A stretch of DNA of 64,000 nt, from contig NW_026782039.1 in assembly GCF_031769215.1 (NCBI RefSeq), positions 372,001 through 436,000 on the forward strand, written 5' to 3'. Source of the DNA: Ylistrum balloti. Its lineage: Eukaryota. Position numbers and translations under genes: made by a program. This document shows positions 12,245 through 26,195 of the stretch, in pieces (the stretch's first letter is position 1; each line of letters begins with the position of its first letter). The notes below the pieces were generated by a model that worked only from the letters and a program-made list of their open reading frames with translations, was not told where the DNA came from and made no database searches.

Positions 12245-14340
12245 AACTAGTCACTGTACAATATAAGGCTTTTACATGATGTTTCTGTAGCCTGGAGGAG
12301 ACTGATAGCTAGTCACTATATAGTATTCGATTGTCACATGATAGTTCTATAGCCTGGAGAGAATGATAGCTAGTCACTATAGTCATAGTATTAGATTGTC
12401 ACATGATGTTTCTGTAGCCTGGAGGAGACTGAAGTTATAGTCACTATACTGTAGTAGATTGTCACATGATGTTTCTGTCACTATAGCCTGGAGGAGACTG
12501 ATAGCTAGTCACTGTACAGTATTAGATTGTCACATGATGTTTCTGTAGCCTGGAGGAGTCTGATTGCTAGTCACTATTCAGTAGTTGATTGTCACATGAT
12601 GTTTCTGTAGCCTGGAGGAGACTGATAGCTAGTCACTATACAGTATTAGATTGTCACAGTTTCTGTAGCCTAGATAGCTAGTCACTATATAGTATTTGAT
12701 TGTCACATGTAGTTTCTGTAGCCTGGAGGAGACTGAGAGCTAGTCACTATACAGTATTAGATTGTCACATGATGTTTCTGTAGCCTGGATTGATAGAGTC
12801 ACTGATTGTCACATGATGTTTCTGTAGTCACTATACAGTATTAGATTGTCACATGATGTTTCTGTAGCCTGGAGGAGACTGATAGCTAGTCACTATATAG
12901 TATTTGATTGTCACATGATGTTTCTGTAGCCTGGAGGAGACTGATGGCTAGTCACTATACAGTATTAGATTTCACATGATTTTTCTGTAGCCTGGAGGAG
13001 ACTGATAGCTAGTCACTATATTGTATTTGATTGTCACATGAAGTTTCTGTAGCCTGGAGGAGACTGAGAGCTAGTCACTGTACAGTATTAGATTGTCACA
13101 TGATGTTTCTGTAGCCTGGAGGAGACTGATAGCTAGTCACTGTACAGTATTAGATTGTCACATGATGTTTCTGTAGCCTGGAGGAGACTGAGAGCTAGTC
13201 ACTATATAGTACTCGATTGTCACATGATAGTTCTATAGCCTGGAGAGAATGATAGCTAGTCACTATATAGTATTTCATTGTCACATGAAGTTTCTGTAGC
13301 CTGGAGGAGACTGATAGCTAGTCACTATATAGTATTTGATTGTCACATGATGTTTCTGTAGACTGGAGGAGACTGATAGCTAGTCACTCTACAGTATTAG
13401 ATTGTCACATGAAGTTTCTGTAGCCTGGAGGAAATCGATAGCTAGTCACTATACAGTATTAGATTGTCATATGATGTTTCTGTAGCCTGGAGGAGACTGA
13501 GAGCTAGTCACTGTACAGTATTAGATTGTCACATGAGGTTTCTGTAGCCTGGAGGAAATTGATAGCTAGTCACTATACAGTAGTAGATTGTCACATGATG
13601 TTTCTGTAGCCTGGAGGAGACTGATGGCTAGTCACTATACAGTAGTAGATTGTCACATGATGTTTCTGTAGCCTGGAGGAGACTGATAGCTAGTCACTAT
13701 ATAGTATTTGATTGTCACATGATGTTTCTGTAGCCTGGAGGAGACTGATAGCTAGTCACTATATTGTATTTGATTGTCACATGATGTTTCTGTAGCCTGG
13801 AGGAGACTGATGGCTAGTCACTATACAGTATTAGATTGTCACATGATTTTTCTGTAGCCTGGAGGAGACTGATAGCTAGTCACTATATAGTATTTGATTA
13901 TCACATGAAGTTTCTGTAGCCTGGAGGAGACTGAGAGCTAGTCACTGTACAGTATTAGATTGTCACATGATGTTTCTGTAGCCTGGAGGAGACTGATGGC
14001 TAGTCACTATACAGTAGTAGATTGTCACATGATGTTTCTGTAGCCTGGAGGAGACTGATAGCTAGTCAATATATAGTATTTGATTGTCACATGATGTTTC
14101 TGTAGCCTGGAGGAGACTGATAGCTAGTCACTATATTGTATTTGATTGTCACATGATGTTTCTGTAGCCTGGAGGAGACTGATGGCTAGACACTATATTG
14201 TATTTGATTGTCATATGATTTTCCTGTAGCCTGTAGGAAATCGATAGCTAGTTACTATACAATATTAAATTGTCACATGATATTTCCATAGCGTGAAGGA
14301 GACCGATAGCTAGTCATTACACAGTATTAAATTGTCACAA
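12245..14340. repeat. Tandem array, 62-bp unit, about 33 copies
   Basis: GATAGCTAGTCACTATACAGTATTAGATTGTCACATGATGTTTCTGTAGCCTGGAGGAGACT at 62-bp spacing (13685, 13747). Confidence 0.95.
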
Positions 14341-14393
14341 TATTTTTGTACCTTAAAGAGATATCCATTTTTAGTAACTACAAATGTTCATGA

Positions 14394-14608
14394 TCAGAAT
14401 TTGGATGTAGTGTCCTTCAAACAAAGCATCATCATTAAGTATTTCTCGGTGTCTTGGGTGAGGTCAACAGCCAGCTGAAGATAGTGACCTCGTAGCTCCT
14501 CTATATGGGTAGGTAACTTTTCTAACTCCTTCACATTCTCTGGAGACAGGCTACCAAATTCTTTCTCTGGTAATTTGACCCTGACCCGAAGTGGAACATG
14601 GCTCTTAG
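14394..14608 (-). CDS. SIMC1: SIMC1-like gene, exon 4 (terminal coding exon)
   Basis: Acceptor TTTTTTTCCCCAG at 14609 in phase 1, compatible with the exon 3 donor. Encodes ...HYLQLAVDLTQDTEKYL..SKF-stop, resembling the SIMC1 C-terminus (YAADLNPDAE, from memory). Confidence 0.75.
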
Positions 14609-15894
14609 CTGGGGAAAAAAATATCAAATTCATTACATATGTAAAATTGTAGTGTTAACTTATGGCCTAAAACAGAAAAGACACTAGATAAGCTAGCATC
14701 ATCCAGAATTCACTTGAGATGGGACAAAACCCTTGAGACAAATGTCTGATTCTGTCCCGCCTTTCTGTTAAAAGTATATTAAGACAAATCACATGAATAC
14801 AGACAAGAATTCCACGAAAGTGAATGTATCGCCTGCCCAGCAAGGTGTGTGGAGATGAGTTTTATGGAACAATAGCCATAGATATTCATTGTATTTATTC
14901 CATTTATATAATTTGTCCATTTGTTTGAGTAAACTTGCAGATTAGATGCATAGTGTCGAAGGTAACAAAGTCCCAAGGATAAATTTTCCTTATTAAAACA
15001 AGGTCATGTTTTTATTTTAATTCAAGTTTTTTAAAAAGTTAAAGCCATGAAAAATGTTAATTTGCAATAATATCCATGTACAGTGTATATTTATCAATTT
15101 TTGCTATACATGTTAAATAGATGTAAAAGCAATGAAATAGATGTCATTTGCAGTATGCAATATATATGCATTAACTGACAGTGGAATGGTATTTGTGTTT
15201 CTGAAACTTCATTTATTTTACACAAAATGTTCAACAAGATATACCTAGTTTTAATCACACTTTTGTCTGGATGCAAGTGTGCAAAGGGTCATTCTGTGGT
15301 ATGGAACCACAATATCTGGGGTAAACCTATATGGTTGGGTAGATGGCCCCTCATATTTTAAAGCTTGATGTCACATGGGCCTAGCTATCACCATATGTAT
15401 GTATATCAGAACAGAATGACGGTCTTCATAATAAAAACCCTTTAGGTATATGCCATGCAGTGTGGTATATCTGCTGGTATAAAACCTCAAAAAAATCATT
15501 TGTCATCAATACAGAGTAGAGAAGGATGTGATATCCCCAGTAATCGTCTGATGTCTGTACCACTACTTCTCCACCCTGTTGTCAGATATGGGCGATTAAC
15601 TGTATATATACTATCCACCATTACACCAATACATACCACAGATCAGGACACTATAATTAGAATCTCACAGGCTACCTACATCAGACATTGTCACCAACAC
15701 AAAAACATATTTCTTTCTAAGAGTCAGGGGACACTGCCCTAGGACAATGAATTAACCATGTACAATTTCAAGAATCTACTGACCAGTTATATATATGGAT
15801 GGGTTTAGGGTAAGGGTGGGCTTATTAGCTGGCATGGGTTTATTACTGAAAAAAGCAGGTTACATAATGCTGAACAAACCTAAGTAACACGCAC

Positions 15895-17505
15895 CTTTCA
15901 AACATTGTAAATAACTCAGTAGAGCATAATACTGAAGCATGGCAAGCTCTTCCACTGCTACAGAGGACACCTTTGGTATTAATCTACCCGCCCCAGCTTC
16001 CTCTTCCTCTTCAGACTGGGGTGTTGTGGGAGGTGTGTTCATCAGCCTTGGGGGCTGGGCCTGGAACAAATTTTCCATCACATCACGGACTCCTGATGGG
16101 AACTCATAGTAAGAGAAAGTGTCACATTCACAATTGTTTTCTAACATCAGTATTACCAGTTTAAATTGTAACAGACTTGACTGCATTGTCTGAAGCAACA
16201 ATTTTTTATATCCTAGACTTAGGTATACAAAGCTCTTGATTAACTCAGAAGCACAAGTCCTGGCACAATCAGAACAACTCAGGTTTATGTCTATCGCAAT
16301 CTTCAGAAGTCGCTGCAGCAATGGCAGCAGCTTACGAACTTCTTGTCGTAGTATTACATTTTCCGTTTGACTAGATTGATTAACGCCTGGATTTCTTTCA
16401 CGAAAGAAAGGTGAAGAAATTTCCTGCACTTCCTGAAACTCTCCGTAAGTGAGAGAACAGACGACCCAGTTGGTAAGTTGTTTCACACACCCTGTGTACG
16501 ACATACTATCAGATGTCAGGCATTTGAATGCCATGGACTGACGCAGACCTTTGGGGTCAACAACATCGTGGTAATAAAGGTCATCCTCATAACATGTGAC
16601 TGTTAGCTGGAGAAACAGACTAATTCTAAGGAGGATGACCACATCCTGTTGTACGAAACCAAGTCCAAGGTTAATATTGTCCATCACAAGTTTGAGCGTT
16701 TCCCAGTCTATCTGGATTGTCCCTGGGTACCTCTGTTGAATCAATTTCAGGGTTCGGTAAGAGCTATACATTAAATCTACTTGACTGTTCTCTAAAATTC
16801 CTTTGAACAACAATTGTTTTATAATATCACTGGTGGGAGCATACTTAAGAGAAAAATCATAGATAAATTTAATAGCATGACGAAGACAGTAAGGGCCTTC
16901 CTCCTCAAAACAAACACCTATTGTGTCAATATGCATCTTGGATAACTTTAAGGATAGAGAATCTTCAAGTCCTTCTTTTGCAGGGAACTCCATATTAAAC
17001 GGCTTTATGTTTTGCCAATCTTTTAGTGTTCTTGATGGCATATCAATATAAGTTGAAGATGATGGAATTGGCTTGAAAAAGTTTCGCACATCTGATGGTT
17101 TAGGTTTCCCAGACTCTAACACTACCTCATCTGATTTCCTTACAATTCGGCGTTTAGGTACATGTATATTCGAATCTAAGGATATAGATTTACCTAATTT
17201 CATGTTAACAATTTCATAATTGTTTTTCATGATGTTATCACTGGTAGCACTAATGCACCTGCCTAACCTGAGACGTTTTGACGGAGTAGGAGACAATCCT
17301 GGTGACTTTGTCGGTATGGTATCAGTGAATGCACTTGGTGTGCTCATCTGTCGCTCTAGGACAGGTGAGCATTTGTGTCTGGAGGAGACAGGTCGGAATG
17401 AGCCAGCAGGAACGGCAGGAGGGGAGAGCATGCCAGCACTAAGGACCTTGTCTGTCGAGTTCTCTGTTGACTTGTTCTCCTGGGGACAGCCCCCACTTAA
17501 GATAT
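15895..17505 (-). CDS. SIMC1: SIMC1-like gene, exon 3 (Nse5-like domain)
   Basis: Long open frame with acceptor TTCTTTCAG (phase 1) and donor G|GTGCGT (phase 1). The stretch FIYDFSLKYAPTSDIIKQLL...YRTLKLIQQRYPGTIQIDWETLKLVM...LFLQLTVTCYEDDL resembles the SIMC1 core (FVMDF..QHYPP.EI...LMKIQQLHP...EWDWKLLTYVME...LFLRYVVQTLEDDF, recalled and not aligned computationally). Confidence 0.8.
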
Positions 17506-17964
17506 CTGAAAGAACCAATATTTATATTCAGTTTGATTCTAACTTAGAATATACATTACGTGGCTGATTTGTACCATTTTGTTATTTTGTCTTATCACCA
17601 TGAAAAGAAGAGAGTTAAAAATATAAATTTGGGTTCTTTCATCTTTTCGTCCTGAAAAGACGAGAATTTGCTTACTTCATCCTTGTCTTTTCGTTCTGAA
17701 ATATATTCATGCTAATAAGTGGCATTATTTTCATCTCTTCAGATTAACAAATCTTGTATTTTCATGTTTTCACTTGAGTAAATGCAAATTAAGATATGTT
17801 AATTTTCATCTTTTAAAAAGAACGAGAATTCAGATTTCTAATTTTTGTCTTTTTGTGGTGAAAAAGACAAAAAAACGAAAAAGCACAAATCATTCACCTT
17901 AACAAATACTACATTATATAAATTGTGCAGTCAAAATATTGATTGTATAATAAGTACAGGGATT

Positions 17965-20200
17965 TTGAAAGTGTTTGTAACCCCTGGAGTATCGACGATG
18001 GTTGTAGGAGTGCACAGATTGAAAGTGTTTGTAACCCCTGGAGTATCAAGGATGGCTGTAGGAGTGCACAGATTGAAAGTGTTTGTAACCCCTGGAGTAT
18101 CGAGGATGGCTGTAGGAGTGCAGAGATTGAAAGTGTTTGTAACCCCTGGAGTATCGAGGATGGCTGTAGGGGTGCAGAGATTGAAAGTGTTTGTAACCCC
18201 TGGAGTATCGAGGATGGCTGTAGGGGTGCAGAGATTGAAAGTGATTGTAGCCCTGGAGTATCAAGGATGGTTGTAGGAGTGCACAGATTGAAAGTGTTTG
18301 TAACCCCTGGAGTATCGAGGATGGCTGTAGGAGTGCACAGATTGAAAGTGTTTGTAACCCCTGGCTGTATGCAGAGGAATGTAACCCCTGTATGGCTGTA
18401 GGGTGCACAGATTGAAAGTGTTTGTAACCACTGGAGTATCAAAGATTGAAAGTGTTTGTAACCCCTGGAGTATCGAGGATGGCTGTAGGGGTGCAGAGAT
18501 TGAAAGTGTTTGTAACCCCTGGAGTATCGAGGATGGCTGTAGGGGTGCAGAGATTGAAAGTGTTTGTAACCCCTGGAGTATCGAGGATGGCTGTAGGAGT
18601 GCAGAGATTGAAAGTGTTTGTATCGAGGATGGCTGTATCAGAGATTGAAAGGATGGCTGTAGGAGTGCACAGATTGAAAGTGTTTGTAACCCCTGGAGTA
18701 TCGAGGATGGCTGTAGGAGTGCAGAGATTGATTGAAAGTGTTTGTAACCCCTGGAGTATCGAGGATGGCTGTAGGAGTGCAGAGATTGAAAGTGTTTGTA
18801 ACCCCTGTAAGTGTTTGTAACCCCTGGAGTCTCAAGGATGGCTGTAGGGGTGGAGTGCAGAGATTGAAAGTGTTTGTAACCCCTGGAGTATCAAGGATGG
18901 CTGTAGGAGTGCACAGATTGAAAGTGTTTGTAACCCCTGGAGTATCAAGGATGGCTGTAGGAGTGCACAGATTGAAAGTGTTTGTAACCCCTGGAGTATC
19001 AAGGATGGCTGTAGGAGTGCACAGATTGAAAGTGTTTGTAACCCCTGGAGTATCAAGGATGGCTGTGTAGGAAAGTGTTTGCAGGAGATTGAAAGTGTTT
19101 GTAACCCCTGGAGTATCAGGAGGATGGCTGTAGGAGGTGCTGTAGGAGCAGATTGAAAGTGTTTGTAACCCCTGGAGTATCAAGGATGGCTGTAGGAGTG
19201 CACAGATTGAAAGTGTTTGTAACCCCTGGAGTATCAAGGATGGCTGTAGGAGTGCACAGATTGAAAGTGTTTGTAACCCCTGGAGTATCAAGGATGGCTG
19301 TAGGAGTGCACAGATTGAGTTGCTGTAGGAGTGCACAGATTGAAGTGTTTGTAACCCCTGGATGGTATCACAGGATGGCTGTAGGATGTGCACAGATTGA
19401 AAGTGTTTGTAACCTCTGGAGTATCAAGGATGGCTGTAGGAGTGCACAGATTGAAAGTGTTTGTAACCCCTGGAGTATCAAGGATGGCTGTAGATTGAAA
19501 GTGTTTGTGCACAGATTGAAAGTGTTTGTAACCCCTGGAGTATCAAGGATGGCTGTAGGAGTGCACAGATTGAAAGTGTTTGTAACCCCTGGAGTATCGA
19601 GGATGGCTGTAGGGGTGCAGAGATTGAAAGTGTTTGTAACCCCTGGAGTATCAAGGATGGCTGTAGGAGTGCACAGATTGAAAGTGTTTGTAACCCCTGG
19701 AGTATCAAGGATGGCTGTAGGAGTGCAGAGATTGAAAGTGTTTGTAACCCCTGGAGTATCAAGGATGGCTGTAGGAGTGCACAGATTGAAAGTGTTTGTA
19801 ACCCCTGGAGTATCGAGGATGGCTGTAGGGGTGCAGAGATTGATTGAAAGTGTTTGTAACCCCTGGAGTATCGAGGATGGCTGTAGGAGTGCACAGATTG
19901 AAAGTGTTTGTAACCCCTGGAGTATCAAGGATGGCTGTAGGAGTGCACAGAGATTGAAAGTGTTTGTAACCCCTGGAGTATCAAGGATGGCTGTAGGGGT
20001 GCAGAGATTGATTGAAAGTGTTTGTAACCCCTGGAGTATCAAGGATGGCTGTAGGAGTGCACAGATTGAAAGTGTTTGTAACCCCTGGAGTATCAAGGAT
20101 GGCTGTAGGAGTGCACAGATTGAAAGTGTTTGTAACCCCTGGAGTATCAAGGATGGCTGTAGGAGTGCACAGATTGAAAGTGTTTGTAACCCCTGGAGTT
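17965..20200. repeat. Intronic tandem array, 54/55-bp unit, about 40 copies
   Basis: ATTGAAAGTGTTTGTAACCCCTGGAGTATCAAGGATGGCTGTAGGAGTGCACAG. It explains all ORFs in 17845-20259. A stray copy lies near 20305-20340. Confidence 0.95.
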
Positions 20201-21639
20201 TACCAGTAAAATTTCTGAGTTTGACATACAGAATGATATGCAATATGGAGAATTTGTAACCCCTAACAGTATCAAGGACAAAAATATATAAGTAAAAGAT
20301 TTAGCATTGAAAGTGTTTGTAACCCCTGGAGTATCGAGGAAATTTTAAATATATATAAGTGTTTGTGGAGGTCTTGGGGGAGATAGTTATATAGTCTCAT
20401 CTATATTTATACACACCTCTTAATCTCTTTTTTTTCAAATTACAATATCTTTAAATAAAACTAAATGTTCAGTCACTTGCACTGAAACCTTCATCAATCT
20501 GCACAATAGCTATTAGCAGTCATTTTTGTAGAATTTTTTTCAGGGAGTCCAGAACCCCAATGCATAAATTTTGATCAGTCCCAATACTAAGAGATATAGT
20601 AAGGTCTCAAAATTAGAGCGAGTCCCACAAGAAAATCCAGCGTCCAGGACTGAAAATATACATATCTGAGTCCCAGAAATAACTGGTATAGTTCTGATTA
20701 ACACAAAGTTGTTATTCATTGATGTGTGTGTTTTTCTTTTAAATCTCTGGATTTACATATAAATAAATTACTGTATGAGCATAAATGATTAGTACAATTA
20801 CATCACATGTATATCTTGTATAAGTATATTGTACAGCAGAAAGTCTGCATCATTTTTTTTAAAAATCGTATAATCTCAGTGATCAAGCTAAGGTTTGCAT
20901 TGGGCATCTTACAAAGAGGATTCCTTTCAAATCAAATGGGGTTTATTGGTATATTTTTTAACCAAAATCCTGAATCTTTCATTTCAATACTAAAAATCAT
21001 TGATTTTCATGAGGAACCTAATTTTTGTTGATATCTTGGGTACTCTGACTCAATCCACAAATTTATATATGTCCACTAAACAATAAACAGATAAAAGATG
21101 ACAAGAATTATAGTACTAGTGAATATTTGGACCAAAATTTATCCAAGAAAGAATAATGAAATTTGAGCCTTACAAAATATATGATTTTCAATATGTTTTA
21201 AGAAGTTATGGGGATGACTTCAACCCAAGCTGTGGTAGAATTTCTCGACTGATTCATTGTTAAGTTTTCATCTTCAGCCCTGTCTATTAACGTAAATAGA
21301 ATGACCTCATGACCTCACATCTCCACAAGGAGACTGATCATATCACATTTAGTCAGATTTACTTCCATCATCAGTAATGTTGTTGTCTGTAGCATTTAGA
21401 CAACCTAACCTTGATAAATGAATATTGTGTCATTCATTCAGATCCAAATGAGTGATTACCACAAGAATTTAAAATCAATGAAAATGAATTGTTTTATCTG
21501 TGTTCAATGCTCACTACCTTTATCATGGACCTTCAAATGCTTCCTATATATAATGAAGGCAATCACTTTTATAAAACACCAAGTTATTAAAATTCAGATG
21601 GTCAGGAAAACTTTATTTCTTTTGTTTGTTAACTCACTT

Positions 21640-21900
21640 TAATTTTATCACCCTGTGAAAAGCCAGGGTCATTTCGCATCAAGGTCACCTTGTAATGGCT
21701 GGTAGCTATCTCATTGAACATGTAGATGGCCTATCACATGCTCTTCAGAGGTGTTTTGTCATCACAAGAAGTTTCTTGCCCAAGGACACAATTGCAACCA
21801 CAATGTGATCTTATGATCTCAAGTAAGGATTGAACCACACACCTTGGATTATGATCAACTGAGGCCACAAACTCTGATGCATCACCAGGGCCAAATCTAG
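21640..21900 (-). mobile_element. SINE-like remnant
   Basis: Minus strand contains GGTTCAATCC (B-box-like) followed by GTGTCCTTGGGCAAG, a motif typical of tRNA-derived SINE central domains. The same motif occurs near 53612-53630. Confidence 0.45.
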
Positions 21901-22117
21901 TTCCATTTTTAAGCTGCCATTTAAAGATAGTTTCATAAGAATGATCTAAATTTCCTCTTTTCTTTACAAATATATGTTCAATATTACTTTTATTTTGCTC
22001 TTCTTGTTCTTTCTAACTCTATCATTTTCATTCTCATTTTGTAATGTATATTATAATAAATTGGTCTTTCTAATCACGTATATATTTGGGTAAAGGCATA
22101 GAGAAGGTAATAGGGAA

Positions 22118-22530
22118 TGATATATTATATATACTTCAGTGTTAAGTGACACCGAGAGGGGGACCCTGCTGATAGCAGACAGACTGACAAATAGGAGTTT
22201 GACCTCAGGTCAGTGGGGTTGTCATGGCTTCACTACCTTCAGTGTTATTATAACGTATACCTTTTATTTATGTGTGGTAGGGGGATGCCTGGTCGGGGCA
22301 TGGGGAGAGAGGGCAGTTCCAATGTTGAGAACAGACGGGTGTGTGTGACAGTCTCTGGATACTTAGCTGAGGTCTATTACTAAGCTAAGGGTTTCTCAGG
22401 TGTTGATCTAGACTAATACAGTATGTGTTGTACAAAGTGTAAATAAACCTGTAAATCAAACTTTTGCTGTTGTGATGTATTTCCTCTGACTTATATATCC
22501 ACCCAGTCATGTTAAAATATAATACCATCA
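22118..22530 (+). mobile_element. Candidate solo LTR
   Basis: TG...CA ends with imperfect terminal inverted repeats (TGATATATTATAT / ATATAATACCATCA), locally higher GC and an internal AATAAA near 22442. No target-site duplication was found. Confidence 0.3.
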
Positions 22531-22804
22531 AATACTCCCAATATGCACCAATATGTCAATATCTTAAAATAATTCAGGATTGGTTGTCTGCCTGAACTCC
22601 CCTCACAGCCTCAGCTTGCTTCATGGACCTCATGTCTTAGGCTTCCCCGTGATTACTCAACTGCAAAGTCTATTCCCCTTTGTTTCTGCAAGGGACCTCT
22701 TCCCCTGAAACCTAACTACTGTATTACATATTTTACTATTCAATGTTGATCTTAAATCTCTATCACTTGATAGGATTGATTGAATACTGAAATTTAAAAC
22801 CTAC

Positions 22805-23483
22805 CTGAGAAATGTCTTTCTATGGTGAAGGGCCACTTCTCCTCACTGTGAGTAGACTTTTCTGAAGAATTGTGCCCTTTGTTGGACTCTTCCAAACTTT
22901 TTGACTTATGAAGGCCCTTATTATTAACCGTCCTTAAGATGTTTGCTAACTTGGCACGGCCTTCTGATGACAGAATGGGTAATTTCCTGCCAATGTTTCC
23001 TTTGTTTCCATTGTCACTTTCCTTGCTGCTTTCACTTATCTTAGAACTTTGTTTTTGTGAATCTAGCACTTTATCAGTCAATGATCCTTCTGTTTTGCCC
23101 AAATCTCTCACTTTGCTGTTGTTCTCCAGATATGTGAATGCTGACCTTTGACTTTCGTTAATTACAGATTTGTCTGGTTTAGAGTGACTGGTTGTTGTAC
23201 AACCCCCTGACACACTTTGATAATCATCCACAATCATACAATCACTGTCATCATTGATCTCCTCCTCAAACACCTGAACGTAGATACATTCCTCGTTACT
23301 GTCAAGGTCAGGAAGGTCGTTTGAGTCCTCATCTATTGTAGGCGTAAGGTCTGCAATGCTATCTGACCACTGTTTAGAGTTCTGTTTCTCTTGGCGAATT
23401 TTGCACCATGTCCGGTTGTGCATTGAAGCCCTTTTGGATGGCTTTTTAGACTTGGATGAGGAACTGGATGATGTAGCCATGCT
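22805..23483 (-). CDS. SIMC1: SIMC1-like gene, exon 2 (low-complexity, acidic/Ser-rich, SIM-like motifs)
   Basis: Acceptor TTATAG|AGC ATG (phase 0) and donor TCA G|GTAGG (phase 1) match the neighbouring exons. The four exons sum to 2772 nt, i.e. 923 aa plus stop. Confidence 0.75.
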
Positions 23484-24049
23484 CTATAATACAAGGCCAA
23501 AGTTAGATAAGGCAACATCAAACGATCTGAACAGTAAATCATACAAGATAATCATGCATTGACATACATACAAATTTAAGAGAAAATTCAATAATCACTT
23601 TTCTAGGTCACATAGTCTATTTCTGGAGTATGCGTTATATTTTCCACCACTAACTAAAATAGAATGTTTCACCGTTGTATTAACGTTGTATTGTAGTGCA
23701 GGGTATCTCAACCCTTGTGAAAAAAATGATAATTATAAGTTGTAAACATGAGAATGAGGCTTGTGTTAAAAGGTGCTATATTTAATTGTCTGTTTTCTGT
23801 ACAATAGCAGTTAGCGGACACTATCAGTGGATTTGTAAGGTTTGCTGACAACCTGCATGTCACATTTGAATTTCTTCAAAAAGGCACATGTCCAGAATAT
23901 ATACAATGTTCTAAGTTATCACATTTATGAAGATTACTCATTTTATTGAATTATGGGACTAGTGCACCTCCCCATCTAAATTTTGGAATTTTTTCAATCA
24001 CTTTGGATTTTCTTCAGTCATCTCCTAAGCTTAAAAAATTTAGCCTTTA

Positions 24050-24093
24050 GCATGACTGATGAGTCCTAGTAGGTAGAAACAGCTGTATGGTGC
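24050..24093 (+). ncRNA. Minimal type I hammerhead ribozyme motif (degenerate stem II)
   Basis: GCATGA-CTGATGAG-TCCTAGTAGGTA-GAAAC-AGCTGT-A-TGGTGC: catalytic core, palindromic stem III ACAGCTGT and pairing stem I arms. It lies within a dispersed repeat of about 23960-24180. Confidence 0.6.
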
Positions 24094-24517
24094 AGTTTAG
24101 TTCAATAATATTTGGCACTAGCCTATCTTATTCCAAACTTATCTTAAAGGCACTATTCACATGTATTTTTTGTATAATACCATTGATTTAGAACCCTTAT
24201 CTCATCAACAAATGGGTGAAAGATAATTTTTGTTTTACCCTGCTTGTGTTACTAAATATAGTATACATGTTTTTGTTGTTTCAGTGCTTAGTAGTATTGA
24301 TATATGACCTCATGGACACACATGTTGGTAACTGAAATGTTGAATGGATGTCATAGATTAAAATAATGATGTGGCGAATGACTTGTTACAAAATGTCATA
24401 CTATTATCTTGACAGGAGAATCGTCAACGAAAAGCATGGATGATACCCGTCCAGCTGCAGGTAGTAGAAAATTGTGTGACACACTGTGATTTACCTTCAA
24501 TGTCACTTTATTATTAT

Positions 24518-24845
24518 AACAGACAAGTTTAACTGTTAGATGCTGTGTGTATGTATTACAGGACGGACAAGTTTAACTGTCAAATGCTGTGTGTATGTAT
24601 TACAGGACAGACAAGTTAAACTGCTAGATGCTGTGTGTATGTATTACAGGACAGACAAGTTTAACTGTCAGATGCTGTGTGTATGTATTACAGGACAGAC
24701 AAGTTTGACTGTTAGATGCTGTGTGTATGTATTACAGGACAGACAAGTTTAAATGTTAGATGCTGTGTGTATGTATTACAGGACAGACAAGTTTAACTGT
24801 TAGATGCTGTGTGTATGTATTACAGGACAGACAAGTTTAACCGTT
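24518..24845. repeat. Intronic tandem array, 44-bp unit, about 7 copies
   Basis: ACAGACAAGTTTAACTGTTAGATGCTGTGTGTATGTATTACAGG (24607, 24651...). Confidence 0.95.
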
Positions 24846-26195
24846 AGATTCTGTGTTTTAACTGTTTTCAGCTGCCTTTTTGATGATATACACACAACAT
24901 AATAAATTTATAATAATCAAATAAGTTATGTATATGTATGATATAAATACCAAATGAGAAGACTTACATACAAATGTAGGCTATGTCTGTTATCTAATCC
25001 TTGCTGTATGTTTTCGCAATAAAATCTGGTGAAATGAAATACAACACAATACCAATATGCATGTTTCCAATGATCCTTATGTTTGACTTAATTTATCTAA
25101 CAGGTTTCATGTCCACAATTATGACCTTTCTGCCTTTTCAGTGGACAAGCATGTTTGAACTAGCACATGATGGAACTCTGAACACTATTTATGAATACTA
25201 GTAGTAATTATCCACCTGACCTATCAAAACATTTGGTATGACACTTGGCCTATCACAACAGTCTCCAGGAAGTGTTTATTTAATTACATCTGTAAGGTAA
25301 ACACATGTTAATTAAGTCAACAATGGCACACCTGAATAGGGTGGCACAACATCAGACCAATCTACCAGTCTAAATCTGGAACCTTGATTTACACCATATA
25401 ACACTTTTCGTGGTGATGTTATTTGATTTCATCATCTTTAGAAATATACTGTATATATGAATGTAGATGTACAATTCAACTGATTTGGACGATACACAGG
25501 TAAAGCATATGTATTTTTAAGTCTGACTTCAATTTATTACTTTCTAGTCAACATCAATATATAGGTTTTTGTACAATTACTAACGAAGATCAATGTCAAC
25601 AATTCCTCGTACACATGCATGTATACATATATATATGTACATATCCAGTCTGCCAATTTCAACAGGTCACAGTGTCATAGATCATACAAATGTGACCCTC
25701 TTCCAACGCCATATTCATAATTATAAGCCCTCCTCCATCCCCGCCTTCTCATGGGTCACAGTATTGTTTATATATGTTGAGAATTACAACCGACATTTGA
25801 TTTAATGTATTGCAATTACACGACCACACCCCCACCGTCCCTTCCACTCTCTACAAATGTTCGGTGGGACTCTGCGGAATGCGAGTTATTAACAAACAAA
25901 GTACGATGATACCTGGCAAATACTTTTACACTCTGACTTTATAGCTGCACCCTGTACGTTTCGTGTACCGGCCAGGGAGATAACTTATCAATACATGTTC
26001 AGATATATGTGATCTCGGCCATTGATTTGAATTCAAAACAACATAGAGACACGCCTTAAATGAAGGCTGGTCTTAGATTACCACCTTAGTATGCACCGAA
26101 TTATGTACACAGATACTTACCTGTGAAATCATGATTGCCTCAATATGATATGATTGTTTTTTGACCGCAAGCAAGTGCTTGTACAAGTTTATTAC

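Noticed and set aside
17845-20259. Many overlapping repetitive ORFs (VFVTPGVSRMAVG..., IESVCNPWS...)
   Set aside because: They are translations of the intronic 54-bp array. The scrambled part (about 18600-19520) may be local assembly noise.
24416-24460. Plus-strand 45-nt segment flanked by CAG and GTAG (exon-like)
   Set aside because: It is isolated, antisense within the SIMC1-like intron, has no partner exons, and could occur by chance.
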